NCBI GenBank assembly: GCA_048173955.1
Contig: DBEYOB010000046.1
Span: forward strand, 12,413 to 76,412
Length of the DNA: 64,000 bases
Direction of reading: 5' to 3'
From: Coriobacteriales bacterium
GTDB taxonomy: Bacteria; Actinomycetota; Coriobacteriia; Coriobacteriales; UMGS124
In this document: one piece after another, positions 35,213 to 44,030 of the stretch
Layout: every line of letters starts with the position of its first letter
Position numbering within the stretch: the first letter of the stretch is position 1
The notes under the pieces: model-generated
Told to the model about the DNA's origin: nothing
What the model saw: only the letters and a program-made list of their open reading frames with translations
Database searches by the model: none
Translations under genes and position numbers: made by a program

Positions 35213-35383
35213 CTGAAAAAATTGCAGTTGCGAACGATTGTCGGAGGCTGGAGCGGCCCCGCGCTGCTCTTTTAGGGCCCGAACCGTAAATTGTCTTTAT
35301 AGTTCAGCTACTACATCTTTCACTCGTCCGACATCGCCCCCATCGGTGCGATTCGAAATCGTTCGCAACGGTTATTTTTTCAG
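35213..35383. repeat. 27-bp imperfect inverted repeats flanking a 117-bp lower-GC segment
   Basis: CTGAAAAAATTGCAGTTGCGAACGATT (35213-35239) pairs with AATCGTTCGCAACGGTTATTTTTTCAG (35357-35383); 24 of 27 positions are complementary. The element lies in a convergent intergenic region. Confidence 0.4.
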
Positions 35384-35556
35384 GCATCCCTGCGTTTCGG
35401 ATATCTCTACGTCTCAGACATCCTTGTGCTTCAGGCATGTCTATGCCTTCCCCTGGGGTACGCCATGCCGGATGGTCTGGACGACTCGGCGGCTGGCCCG
35501 CCGTCCTCGCGGGCGACAGGCCCTCTTCGGTTTGCCTCGCCGCCTGCCCGGGTCTT

Positions 35557-36969
35557 CTACCCCTCGATCGCCCCCGCTTCCAGTAGCGCCACGAGCTCGC
35601 GCGCGACCTCGACGCCGTCGCCCACCACGTTGTAGTCGCTCATGCCGAAGATCGGCGCGTCGGGGTCGGTGTTGACGGCGATCACCGTCTGTGCGCCGCC
35701 GATGCCGGCGAGGTGCTGGATCGCGCCCGACACCCCGACGCTGAGCAGCAACTTGGGCGCCACCGAGCAACCGGTCTGCCCCACCTGGTGCCAGTACTCG
35801 CACCAGCCCGCCTCGACGAGCGGGCGGGTGCACGCCAGCTTGCCGCCGAGCAGGTCGGCCAGGCGCTGCATGAGGGGGAGGTTCTTCTGCGAGCCGATGC
35901 CGCGGCCCACCACCACGAGCGTCTCGGCGTCGGTCACGGTGTCGCGCGCGGAGGTCGCGAACGTCTCGACGACGCGGACGCGCGGATCGCCGAGGTCGGG
36001 GAGGGGCGCCTGCGTCACGGTTCCCCTCCGCGCGGGGTCGGGCGCGGGTGCAGGCAGCACGCCGGGGCGCACCGTGGCCATCTGCGGCCGGTGGTCGGGG
36101 CACACGATGGTCGCCATGAGGTTGCCGCCAAAGGCCGGGCGCGTCTGCTGGAGCAGGCCGGTCGCAGGGTCGATGGCGAGGACGGTGCAGTCGGCGGTGA
36201 GCCCGGTGCGCACGCGGGCGGCCACGCCGGGGGCGAACTCGCGGCCGAAGTCGGTCGCCCCGAACAGCAGGGCGTCGGGCCTGCGCTCTTCCACGAGGCC
36301 GCAGATCCAGGCGGCGAAGGCCTCGGCGTCGTGGCGGGCGAGCCGCTCGTCGCGGCAGAGCAGGACCTCGTCGGCGCCGCAGGCGACGAGGCGAGAGGCA
36401 ATCGCGTCGGGTGCGAGATCTGTTGCGGAGACGCCCGCGACATCGGGGGCGGCCGCGGGGACTCCACACCCGCCGTCCGCGCCGCCGGTCCCCAAGCCGA
36501 GCAGCGCCACGAGCCGGCAGCCTTTGGCGTCGGCGAGCTCGCGGCCCTTTCCGAGAAGCTCGAACACCACGGGTGCGGGCTCGGCGCCGTCCATCTGGGC
36601 AAACACCCACACGTCGCGGTAGTCGCCCAGCGAGGGGGCGCCGCACGCAGCACCTTCGGCGCCGCCGGCCTCGGTTCCCGCTCCTTCGCCGCGCCTCGCC
36701 GCCCTCGGCCGCACGATCTCGATTGCCCCAAACGGACAGGTCTCCACGCACATGCCGCACAGGATGCATGCCTCGGTGGGCCGTGCCGCACGATGCGGTT
36801 TCTCCCCCACGAGCTCGATGCCGCCCGACGCGCAGGCGCGCAGGCACTTGCCGCACCCCACGCACTTCGCGGCGTCGATGTGCAGGCCGGGCGTTTGTGC
36901 CGGTATGCTGCCGACCGCCCGCACCGACCTGGCTTCCTGCGCCGCACCCTCCATCTCAATCCCGCTCAT
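35557..36969 (-). CDS. Electron transfer flavoprotein alpha subunit with N-terminal 2x[4Fe-4S] ferredoxin domain
   Basis: ORF 35557..37404, with the start at ATG 36967-36969, which overlaps the etfB stop (ATGA). The Cys clusters are CVGCGKCLRAC and CILCGMCVETCP. The Etf-alpha C-terminus reads SVGVSGAIQHLAGIGGAQTVIAVNTDPDAPIF. Confidence 0.85.
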   Translation of the reverse strand: MSGIEMEGAAQEARSVRAVGSIPAQTPGLHIDAAKCVGCGKCLRACASGGIELVGEKPHRAARPTEACILCGMCVETCPFGAIEIVRPRAARRGEGAGTEAGGAEGAACGAPSLGDYRDVWVFAQMDGAEPAPVVFELLGKGRELADAKGCRLVALLGLGTGGADGGCGVPAAAPDVAGVSATDLAPDAIASRLVACGADEVLLCRDERLARHDAEAFAAWICGLVEERRPDALLFGATDFGREFAPGVAARVRTGLTADCTVLAIDPATGLLQQTRPAFGGNLMATIVCPDHRPQMATVRPGVLPAPAPDPARRGTVTQAPLPDLGDPRVRVVETFATSARDTVTDAETLVVVGRGIGSQKNLPLMQRLADLLGGKLACTRPLVEAGWCEYWHQVGQTGCSVAPKLLLSVGVSGAIQHLAGIGGAQTVIAVNTDPDAPIFGMSDYNVVGDGVEVARELVALLEAGAIEG

Positions 36970-37853
36970 CGCGCACCGCCTCTCACGATGTCCAGCAATG
37001 CCGCCGCCTGCTCGCGGGGCGTGCCTGCCACGACGGTCCCGCCCGCGCCGCGCTCCGGCGTGAACGAGCGGACCACCTGTGTGGGCGACCCGGCGAGTCC
37101 GATGCGCGCGGGGTCGGCACCTACCTCGGCCGCCGTCTTGACCTCGACCGGGCCCGTCTCGCCGAAGCGCACCCCGGCGATCGAGGGCATTCGGGGGATG
37201 CAGATGTCCTTTGCCACGGTGATCACGGCGGGCAGCTCCACCTGCACGACCTCCTGGACGCCGTCGGCGCTGCGGCGCAGGAGCAGCGAGGTCGCGCGGA
37301 CTTCGGCGACCTCCTCGACGTTGGTGACGCAGGGGACGCCGAGCACGGCCGCGAGCTCGGGGCCGATTTGCGCGGTGTCGCCGTCCACGGCCATCTTGCC
37401 GCACACGATGAGCGAGACGCCGGCATTCCCGGTGCCCGTCTCCGCGGCATTCGCATTCCCAGCGCCCGCACCGCCGACGCCCTCGCCGTCGTCATCCACT
37501 CCCTCCGCGGCCGGTCGTGCGATCCCGCCGACCTGCTCCACCGCGCAGCTCAGGGCATACGAGGTCGCGAGCGTGTCGGCCCCGGCAAAGGCGCGGTCCG
37601 AGAGCAGAAGGCCCCGGTCGGCCCCGCGGGCCAGGCAGTCGCGCAGCAGGCGCACCGTGTCGGGGATGCCCATCGAGAGGACGGCCACCTGCCCGCCGAG
37701 CTGCTCCTTGATGCGAATCGCCACTTCGAGCGCCGCAGCGTCGAAGGGGTTCACGACCGACTGGCGCCCGTCGCGCACGATGGTGTTGGTCACCGGATCC
37801 ATGCGGACCTCGGTGGTTGAGGGCACCGCCTTGATGCATACCGCGATGTTCAT
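36966..37853 (-). CDS. Electron transfer flavoprotein beta subunit
   Basis: 295 aa beginning MNIAVCIKAVPSTTEVRMDP, with VLSMGIPDTVRLLRDCLARGADRGLLLSD and IVCGKMAVDGDTAQIGPELA. It contains a Gly/Ala/Asn-rich insertion. Confidence 0.85.
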   Translation of the reverse strand: MNIAVCIKAVPSTTEVRMDPVTNTIVRDGRQSVVNPFDAAALEVAIRIKEQLGGQVAVLSMGIPDTVRLLRDCLARGADRGLLLSDRAFAGADTLATSYALSCAVEQVGGIARPAAEGVDDDGEGVGGAGAGNANAAETGTGNAGVSLIVCGKMAVDGDTAQIGPELAAVLGVPCVTNVEEVAEVRATSLLLRRSADGVQEVVQVELPAVITVAKDICIPRMPSIAGVRFGETGPVEVKTAAEVGADPARIGLAGSPTQVVRSFTPERGAGGTVVAGTPREQAAALLDIVRGGAR

Positions 37854-37856
37854 CTC

Positions 37857-39518
37857 CTACGCCTCCTCTCCGGGCTCGTCGAGCAGTTCTTCGGGAAACA
37901 GGTTGCCGCGCCCCAGGATGCCCTGGGGGTCGAGCTGCCGCTTGACGCGCGCCATCTCCCGAACGTGCTTCTCCCCGTACATCGTGGCGAGGAAGTCGCG
38001 CTTGAGCTTGCCCACGCCGTGCTCGGCGGAGACGGCGCCGCCCATCTCGGTCACGGCCTGCGCCCAGCGCGTAAAGAGTTCTTTGCCGTGCCGGTGCTCT
38101 TCGGCGCTGCGCGGCAGCACGTTGACGTGCAGGTGGTTGTTGCCGATGTGCCCCCACACGGCCGTCTGGAGCCCTTCGGCGCGCAGGGTCGTGCGGTAGA
38201 GGCGCACCACGTCGAGCAGGTGCTCGTCGGGGACTGCCATGTCGCTGCCGAGCTTGGTGATGGAGGGGTCCGTCTTGCGGCGCTTGTCGATGAACATGTT
38301 GACGCTCTCGGGGACGGCGTGGCGGAAGAAGCGCTGGCTCTCACGGTCGAGGTCGGTGCGGCCCACCCAGGTGTCCCTCTCGCTGCCGCCCGCCTGCTCG
38401 AGCAGGGCGCCGAGGCGGTAGAGCCCCTCGAGGGCGGCTGCCTCGTCGCGGCACTGCAGCTCAACGTAGATGCAGCATCCCGTTTCGGGGTCGATGTCGG
38501 GCAGGCTGGCAAAGGCGGTGCTCGTCGCTTTCTGTCTGCGCAGGATGGCGAGGGCGTCGTGGTCGAAGTACTCAATCGCCGCGGCCGCGGGCATGTTGGC
38601 CCGCGTCAGCACCGTGAACGCCACCGCTTGGTCCTCAGAGTCGAAGAAGCAGCTCACGCCCCAGATTACCGGGGGCTGCACTGCAAGTTCGAGTTCGATT
38701 TCGGTGATGACGCCGAGCGTGCCGTCGCTGCCGACGAACAGATCGACGGCGTCCATGCCGTCTGCGGCGTAGTAGCCCGAGGCGTTCTTGGCGCGCGGCA
38801 TGTCGTAGGTGGGGAGGTCGACGTGGATCCTGCGGCCGCCCTCGGTCTCGAGGTCGAGGGAGCGTCCCCGCGCGCGGACCGCCCCGCGCCGCAGGTCGAG
38901 GAGGTCCCCGTCGGCGAGGGCCACGCGCAGGGCGGTTACGTGCGGGCGCATGGGCCCGAAGCGGTAGCTGCGTGCGCCCGAGGCGTTGCAGGTCGCCATG
39001 CCGCCGATGGTGGCCGAGGTCTCGGTGGGGTCGGTCGGGAAGAAGAAAGTACGCTCGTCCTGGCAAAACGCCTCCCAGGCGGCAAGGCTCTCGGCGTCCC
39101 ATCCGGCGGTGCGAACGTTTTTGTCCTCGAGGTCCTTGCGCAGCTGCGCCAGCACGACGCCGGGTTCGACGCGCAGGAAATAGGTGTCGCAGGGGAGGGC
39201 TTCGTGGGCGAGGGGGCCGCCAGCGCCTGCCTGCGAAGCTTCGACGCCCGCCGTCGCCGGGCCGCGCCGCATGCCGAGGCAGCGGTTCATCTTCGAGAGG
39301 TTCATGGCATGCCCTCCGCGGGGGACCGCCCCGGCGGCCAGGCCGGTCCGCCCGCCCTGCACGGTGACGGGGACGCGCTCGGGCGCGAGGCGTGCGAGGA
39401 CCTTGCGCACCTCGCGTTCGCTTCGGGGGAACGAGATGCTCTCCGCCGTACCGACTGTGCGCGACTCGTCCTTGCGGTACTCGTCGAACTCCGAGGTGAA
39501 CGGCTTGATGTCGACCAT
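37857..39518 (-). CDS. FAD-linked oxidase (GlcD / D-lactate dehydrogenase-like)
   Basis: ORF 37857..39908, with the start at ATG 39516-39518 (GAAGGA upstream). FAD_binding_4-type features are VTVQGGRTGLAAGAVP and GSDGTLGVITEIELEL. The C-terminal motif is GGAVSAEHGVGKLKR. Confidence 0.85.
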   Translation of the reverse strand: MVDIKPFTSEFDEYRKDESRTVGTAESISFPRSEREVRKVLARLAPERVPVTVQGGRTGLAAGAVPRGGHAMNLSKMNRCLGMRRGPATAGVEASQAGAGGPLAHEALPCDTYFLRVEPGVVLAQLRKDLEDKNVRTAGWDAESLAAWEAFCQDERTFFFPTDPTETSATIGGMATCNASGARSYRFGPMRPHVTALRVALADGDLLDLRRGAVRARGRSLDLETEGGRRIHVDLPTYDMPRAKNASGYYAADGMDAVDLFVGSDGTLGVITEIELELAVQPPVIWGVSCFFDSEDQAVAFTVLTRANMPAAAAIEYFDHDALAILRRQKATSTAFASLPDIDPETGCCIYVELQCRDEAAALEGLYRLGALLEQAGGSERDTWVGRTDLDRESQRFFRHAVPESVNMFIDKRRKTDPSITKLGSDMAVPDEHLLDVVRLYRTTLRAEGLQTAVWGHIGNNHLHVNVLPRSAEEHRHGKELFTRWAQAVTEMGGAVSAEHGVGKLKRDFLATMYGEKHVREMARVKRQLDPQGILGRGNLFPEELLDEPGEEA

Positions 39519-39789
39519 AAGGGGTCCTTCCGGTCGTGGCGGCGACTGCGGTGCGCGGCGGGTGCGGCCAGCAGCGACCAGTATCGGGCAGGCCGGTTGC
39601 CGGGGTGTTACGGGATGGGCGGGCCCGCGGCTGAAGGTGGCGTGGGGTCGGCGGGAGGCCGGTTCGCTGGCAGAGTGCTCGGTGGCCGAGCACGGCCTGC
39701 GCAAAGACGTGCGGCGCAATCCGACGGAATACGACCTGCTGTCGATCGTGGTGGCGTGCCTCCCGCACCCGGGTGGGTACAATGGCTTC

Positions 39790-40167
39790 ATGGAGACGAT
39801 GGCGACGCTTCTGTCGTTCGAGACGTCGGGGCGCGACAAGATGCGGGCGTTGGAGGCGGAGCTCGGCCGTGGGCTGGCCGGCGAGTTCAGAGGGGCGATG
39901 GTGGGCATGTCGAGCTTGGGCGAGGCTGCTATTGACTATGGGTTCGCAAAGGGTCTCGAGCAGGGCATAGAGCAAGGCATGGAAAAAGGTATAGAGCAAG
40001 GCACGAAGCAGGGCGCCCGCCGGGGCGCGGAGCAGGCGACGCTCGCTTCGATCCGCAACCTCATGCGGAGCATGTCGTGGGAGGCGTCCCGCGCGATGGG
40101 GGCCATCGGCGTCCCCGAAGGCGAGCGCGACCGTTACCGCATGCTTCTCGATGCGCCGAGCGAGTAA
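39790..40167 (+). CDS. Small protein resembling only the C-terminal region of Rpn/YhgA-like putative transposase-nucleases (possible gene remnant)
   Basis: From in-frame ATG 39790 it reads METMATLLSFETSGRDK...GLEQGIEQGMEKGIEQGTKQGARRGAEQATLASIRNLM. The repeated (E/K)QGxEQG motif is typical of that family's C-terminus. No nuclease domain is present. Confidence 0.35.
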   Translation: METMATLLSFETSGRDKMRALEAELGRGLAGEFRGAMVGMSSLGEAAIDYGFAKGLEQGIEQGMEKGIEQGTKQGARRGAEQATLASIRNLMRSMSWEASRAMGAIGVPEGERDRYRMLLDAPSE

Positions 40168-40353
40168 GGTGGTACCGTTTTTCGCGGTCCCGCTTTGCGC
40201 TTGTCGCGTGCCGTGCGGCATTTTTCCCGCCGCGCGCCGGCTGCCGTAGCATATGCCCGAATCGTATTCCCGTTGTAACGCTGTAGCGCTATTATGCGAA
40301 ACTACGCATTTTCGCGTAGACGTCCGGCGGATCGAACCGTGAAAGGCACGCGC

Positions 40354-41661
40354 ATGAGCAAGCAGCAACCCATTCTGACTGCGCCTCACGAGCAGATTGA
40401 GGCGATTCAGCTCGAGGGCATCAAGAAGACCGTCGTCAAGTGCTACGAGAACGTCCCGTTCTACAAGAAGAGCTTCGACGAGGCCGGCTTCAACCCCTAC
40501 ACGCTGTCTTCTCTCGATGACCTCAAGAAGGCCCCGTTCATCTGCAAGCAGGACCTGCGCGACAACTACCCGTACGGCCTGTTCGCCGTGCCGCTCTCCG
40601 AGGTCAAGGAGATCCACATGTCCTCCGGCACCACCGGCGTGGCGACGGTGGGCGGATACACCCAGCACGACCTCGAGATTTGGGGCGATTGTTTCGCCCG
40701 TGGCATCGAGTACGCCCACGGCGACGAGAACGACATCTGCCACGTGTGCTACGGTTACGGTCTGTTCACGGGCGGTCTGGGCGCGCACTACGGCGGCCTG
40801 AGCGCCGGTTGCACCACCATCCCCATGTCGGCGGGCAACACCGAGCGCCAGATCCGCGTGCTCAAGGAGATGGGTTCCACCATCATCTGCTGCACGCCGA
40901 GCTACGCCATGCACATCGCCGACACCGCCCTCGAGATGGGCATCGACCCCGCCAAGGACTTCCACCTGCGCGCCGGCATCCACGGCGCCGAGCCGTTCAG
41001 CGACAACTTCCGCCGCGACCTCGAGCGCAAGCTCAACTACCGGGTGCTCGACGTGTACGGCCTGACCGAGACCATGGGCCCGGGCGTGGCCATCGAGTGC
41101 TGGGAGCAGACGGGCCTGCACCTCGCCGAGGACCACTTCTATGCCGAGATTATCGACCCGGCCACCGGCGAGAACCTGCCCGACGGCGAGTGGGGCGAGC
41201 TCGTGCTGACGAGCGTCGACCGCGAGGCGTGCCCCGTGGTGCGCTACCGCACGCGCGACATCACCCGCATCCTGCCCGGCGAGTGCGCCTGCGGCCGCAC
41301 CCACCGCCGCATCGACCGCCTGCACGGCCGCACCGACGACATGCTCATCATCCGCGGCGTCAACGTCTTCCCGAGCCAGATCGAAGACGTCGTCAAGACG
41401 TTCCCGCAGGTCGCCTCGTGGTACCAGATCGAGCTCGACACCAAGGGCGCGCTCGACACCGTCACGCTCAAGCTCGAGGTCAACCCGGGCTTCGCGTTCG
41501 ACGTCATCGGCGCCATCGAGCAGCTGCAGAAGGAGATCAGCGCGGCGCTCAAGAGCGCGCTGTCGGTGGGCATCACCGTGAAGCTCGTCGAGCCTCACAC
41601 CATCGCGCGCAGCGAGGGCAAGGCCAAGCGCGTCGTCGACCTGCGAAAGGGGATCAACTAA
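40354..41661 (+). CDS. paaK: Phenylacetate-CoA ligase family adenylate-forming enzyme
   Basis: ORF 40294..41661, with the start at ATG 40354. The motifs are VPFYKKSFDEAGFNP, IHMSSGTTGVATV, YGYGLFTGGLGAHYG, DVYGLTE and IRGVNVFPSQIE. Confidence 0.8.
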   Translation: MSKQQPILTAPHEQIEAIQLEGIKKTVVKCYENVPFYKKSFDEAGFNPYTLSSLDDLKKAPFICKQDLRDNYPYGLFAVPLSEVKEIHMSSGTTGVATVGGYTQHDLEIWGDCFARGIEYAHGDENDICHVCYGYGLFTGGLGAHYGGLSAGCTTIPMSAGNTERQIRVLKEMGSTIICCTPSYAMHIADTALEMGIDPAKDFHLRAGIHGAEPFSDNFRRDLERKLNYRVLDVYGLTETMGPGVAIECWEQTGLHLAEDHFYAEIIDPATGENLPDGEWGELVLTSVDREACPVVRYRTRDITRILPGECACGRTHRRIDRLHGRTDDMLIIRGVNVFPSQIEDVVKTFPQVASWYQIELDTKGALDTVTLKLEVNPGFAFDVIGAIEQLQKEISAALKSALSVGITVKLVEPHTIARSEGKAKRVVDLRKGIN

Positions 41662-42080
41662 TGATCGAGCAGATTACCGTCTTTCTTGAGAACCGCGAGG
41701 GCCGTCTCGCCAAGATGTGCCGCTGCATCGCCGAGGCCGGCGTGAACATGAGCGCGCTGACCATCGCCGACACGTCGGAGTACGGCGTGGTGCGCATCAT
41801 CTGCGACGATCCCGCCAAGGCGGCTGAGGCGCTCGAGGCGGGCGGCTACCGCGCGATCGCCACGAAGGTCGTCGCCGTTGCCGTGCCCAACCGCCCTGCC
41901 GGTCTGGCCGAGCTGCTCGAGGTGCTCGACGAGCTCGACCTGAACATCGAGTACGGCTACTGCTTCTCGCTGCACGGCGATCGAGCCGTCGACGTGCTGC
42001 GCTTCCAGGACGCCGACAAGGCCGCCGAGGCGATCAAGGCCGCCGGTTTCACGCTGCTGGAGCTCGACGACCTGAAGTAG
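41661..42080 (+). CDS. ACT-domain protein
   Basis: 139 aa, with the start overlapping the paaK stop (TAATG). It has two ACT-like halves: MIEQITVFLENREGRLAKMCRCIAEAGVNMSAL and VVAVAVPNRPAGLAELLEVLDELDLNIEY. Confidence 0.8.
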   Translation: MIEQITVFLENREGRLAKMCRCIAEAGVNMSALTIADTSEYGVVRIICDDPAKAAEALEAGGYRAIATKVVAVAVPNRPAGLAELLEVLDELDLNIEYGYCFSLHGDRAVDVLRFQDADKAAEAIKAAGFTLLELDDLK

Positions 42081-42229
42081 CGGTTGCCTGCGCGGCGGCC
42101 GTCGAGATTTGAGGCGGCCAATCGATTCGCGGGCTGCAGGCGAAAAAGGCTGCATTTTGATGCGCGCCGTTCTCGGGGAACCGGGGGCGGCGCGCGCTCG
42201 TCTGGGGTGACCTCCGGGGAAGGTGAGGG

Positions 42230-42258
42230 TTGAAATTAGTAGTATAATATCGTAGTAT
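42230..42258 (+). promoter_or_regulatory. Candidate sigma-70-type promoter (TTGAAA - 17 nt - TAGTAT) for the small-gene pair
   Basis: TTGAAA lies at 42230-42235 and TAGTAT at 42253-42258, within an AT-rich patch that also contains TATAAT at 42243-42248. It is about 40 nt upstream of ATG 42299. Confidence 0.35.
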
Positions 42259-42298
42259 CATTTTATGCTAGGCAAATATCCGTTGAGGGGGCGGGTCC

Positions 42299-42574
42299 AT
42301 GCGGGAGCTTGAGATACATCCTCGAGTTTTTGCGCGACATCCGCATTTGACCGAAGACGATGTCAGGTTTGCCTGGGAACATGCGTATTTTGAGGCGCTG
42401 CGTCTGAACAGCCCCAATTTTCCCGAATACCTGTGGATAGGGGAGGATGGGGAAGGACGTGAGATAGAGATGGTGGGTGTTCCCACCGAGCATGGGTGGC
42501 TAATCTACCATGCAAACACACCGCTCTCGAAACGCGTGCGGGAAGAGGTCGAACGGGGGAGGAGGCGTCGTTGA
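42299..42574 (+). CDS. Small conserved-looking protein, candidate toxin of a type II toxin-antitoxin pair
   Basis: 91 aa with GAGGGGG upstream. Its stop overlaps the start of the downstream RHH-like gene (TGATG). The C-terminal half reads GREIEMVGVPTEHGWLIYHANTPLSKRV. Confidence 0.55.
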   Translation: MRELEIHPRVFARHPHLTEDDVRFAWEHAYFEALRLNSPNFPEYLWIGEDGEGREIEMVGVPTEHGWLIYHANTPLSKRVREEVERGRRRR

Positions 42575-42858
42575 TGGCTGAGTATAAACTTGCGAACGGC
42601 TATGTCTTGAGTGACGATGAGATCGAGCGCAGGGCGCGCGAATGGGAGGACGGCACATGGGAAGGCCCCCTGGTCGAGTTGCGTGTCGGGCGGCCGCGGC
42701 TTGCCGATGAGCCCAACGCCAACCTGTCGTTCAAGTGCCCGGTCTCCGGTGCCGCCATGATCGAACGGGCCGCATCGCTGCTCGGGGTGAAGAAATCCGC
42801 CTTCATGCGAGACGCGGCCCTTGAAAAGGCCGTTCATGTGTTAGCCGCATCTAGCTGA
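42574..42858 (+). CDS. Ribbon-helix-helix (CopG-like) protein, candidate antitoxin
   Basis: 94 aa from ATG 42574. The segment LSFKCPVSGAAMIERAASLLGVKKSAFMRDAALEKA has an RHH pattern of beta strand followed by two helices. Confidence 0.6.
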   Translation: MAEYKLANGYVLSDDEIERRAREWEDGTWEGPLVELRVGRPRLADEPNANLSFKCPVSGAAMIERAASLLGVKKSAFMRDAALEKAVHVLAASS

Positions 42859-43431
42859 TGGGCCTCGCGGGCCAGAGGGTGTGCGGCGGATCCGACGCAG
42901 CCAGCAGGTTCTCGGAGGTGGCGTGTGGGATTCGATGCGTGCTCGCCTGGGGCTGCTCTTCGGGGAAGATTGTGCCGCGAAAGCGGGGTTCGTGCTAGGC
43001 TGAGTTGACGGCAGGGCGGGCGTTTGGATGCGCAGGTCCTTTGCGGATGGATTCTACCGCATGTGAACATGCCATCTACCTGGGCGTTTCTTGCATCGTG
43101 TTTTCCGGCGCTCCTCGCTGCCGCCTGCAACGCCGCCTGCCGCATGATTCGCCGCTAGCACGAACCTCCGTTTTGCGGAACGATTCTGCCCGACAGACGC
43201 GTCGGCGCATCCGCTCCGTCCGATTGCCTGCCGGTCGCCCGCCTCTCGCCCGGCGCGTACCGGGGCGCTCACTGCCGCGCGTTTGCCGACCGCGTCCTTT
43301 CGACCGGTCGCCCTTGTGCGCCTCCCTGCCGTTCGCCTATCATCGTCGCATCGTCGAACCGAAAGACGCGGGTTGCGGACGCGACAGGTTGCGGACGCGG
43401 GGCCGCAGATACGCAAGGGAGCGTGCGGGCA

Positions 43432-43890
43432 ATGGGCATGATCGACATCGGGCGCGACAAGGCCGACCTCAAGGCGGTGCGCGAGAGCATCGGCATCAGC
43501 CAGATCGACCTCGCCAACGAGATGCGGGTGACCGTCCGCACGATCAAGCGGTGGGAGCAGATTGGGTGGGAAGAGCCGCCCGAGGAGCTGTGGGAGCTGC
43601 TTGATGACATGGTCTACGACCACGAGCGCAGCGTCGACGAGCTGGTCGAGCGCACCGAGGAGGAAGCACGCCGCAACGCTGCCGACGCCGAGGTACGCGG
43701 GGAGGACCTCAAGGTCGTCTATCTCGCCTACTACAAGAACCAGAAGCACTACGAGTGCTTCCCCCACCAGCGCGGCACGACGCACACCTGGGGCAACGCC
43801 ATCGTGCGCCGCGCGGCCGACATCCTGCGCCTCAAGGGCTATCGGGTGTTCTTCTACTATCCGGAGGGCTATCAGGGAGGGGAGGACTAG
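43432..43890 (+). CDS. XRE-type helix-turn-helix protein with uncharacterised C-terminal domain
   Basis: ORF 43423..43890; ATG 43432 is preferred because AAGGGAG lies 10 nt upstream. The HTH is LKAVRESIGISQIDLANEMRVTVRTIKRWEQ. Confidence 0.6.
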   Translation: MGMIDIGRDKADLKAVRESIGISQIDLANEMRVTVRTIKRWEQIGWEEPPEELWELLDDMVYDHERSVDELVERTEEEARRNAADAEVRGEDLKVVYLAYYKNQKHYECFPHQRGTTHTWGNAIVRRAADILRLKGYRVFFYYPEGYQGGED

Positions 43891-44030
43891 GGAGACGGTT
43901 CCACAAGGCCGGAACCGTGGCCGCGGCGGTGTCCCCGCCGGCTCGCGGTCGTGCACCTCGGCACTTTCCGGTCGCATGCCGCGCTTTTTGGTGAGTGCGC
44001 CCCACGAATGACCCCGTGCGCCTGCCCTTT

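Noticed and set aside
39184-39789. Upstream 200 codons of ORF 39184..40167
   Set aside because: They are antisense to the 5' end of the GlcD-like gene and Arg/Pro/Gly-rich. Only the part from ATG 39790 onward has protein-like sequence.
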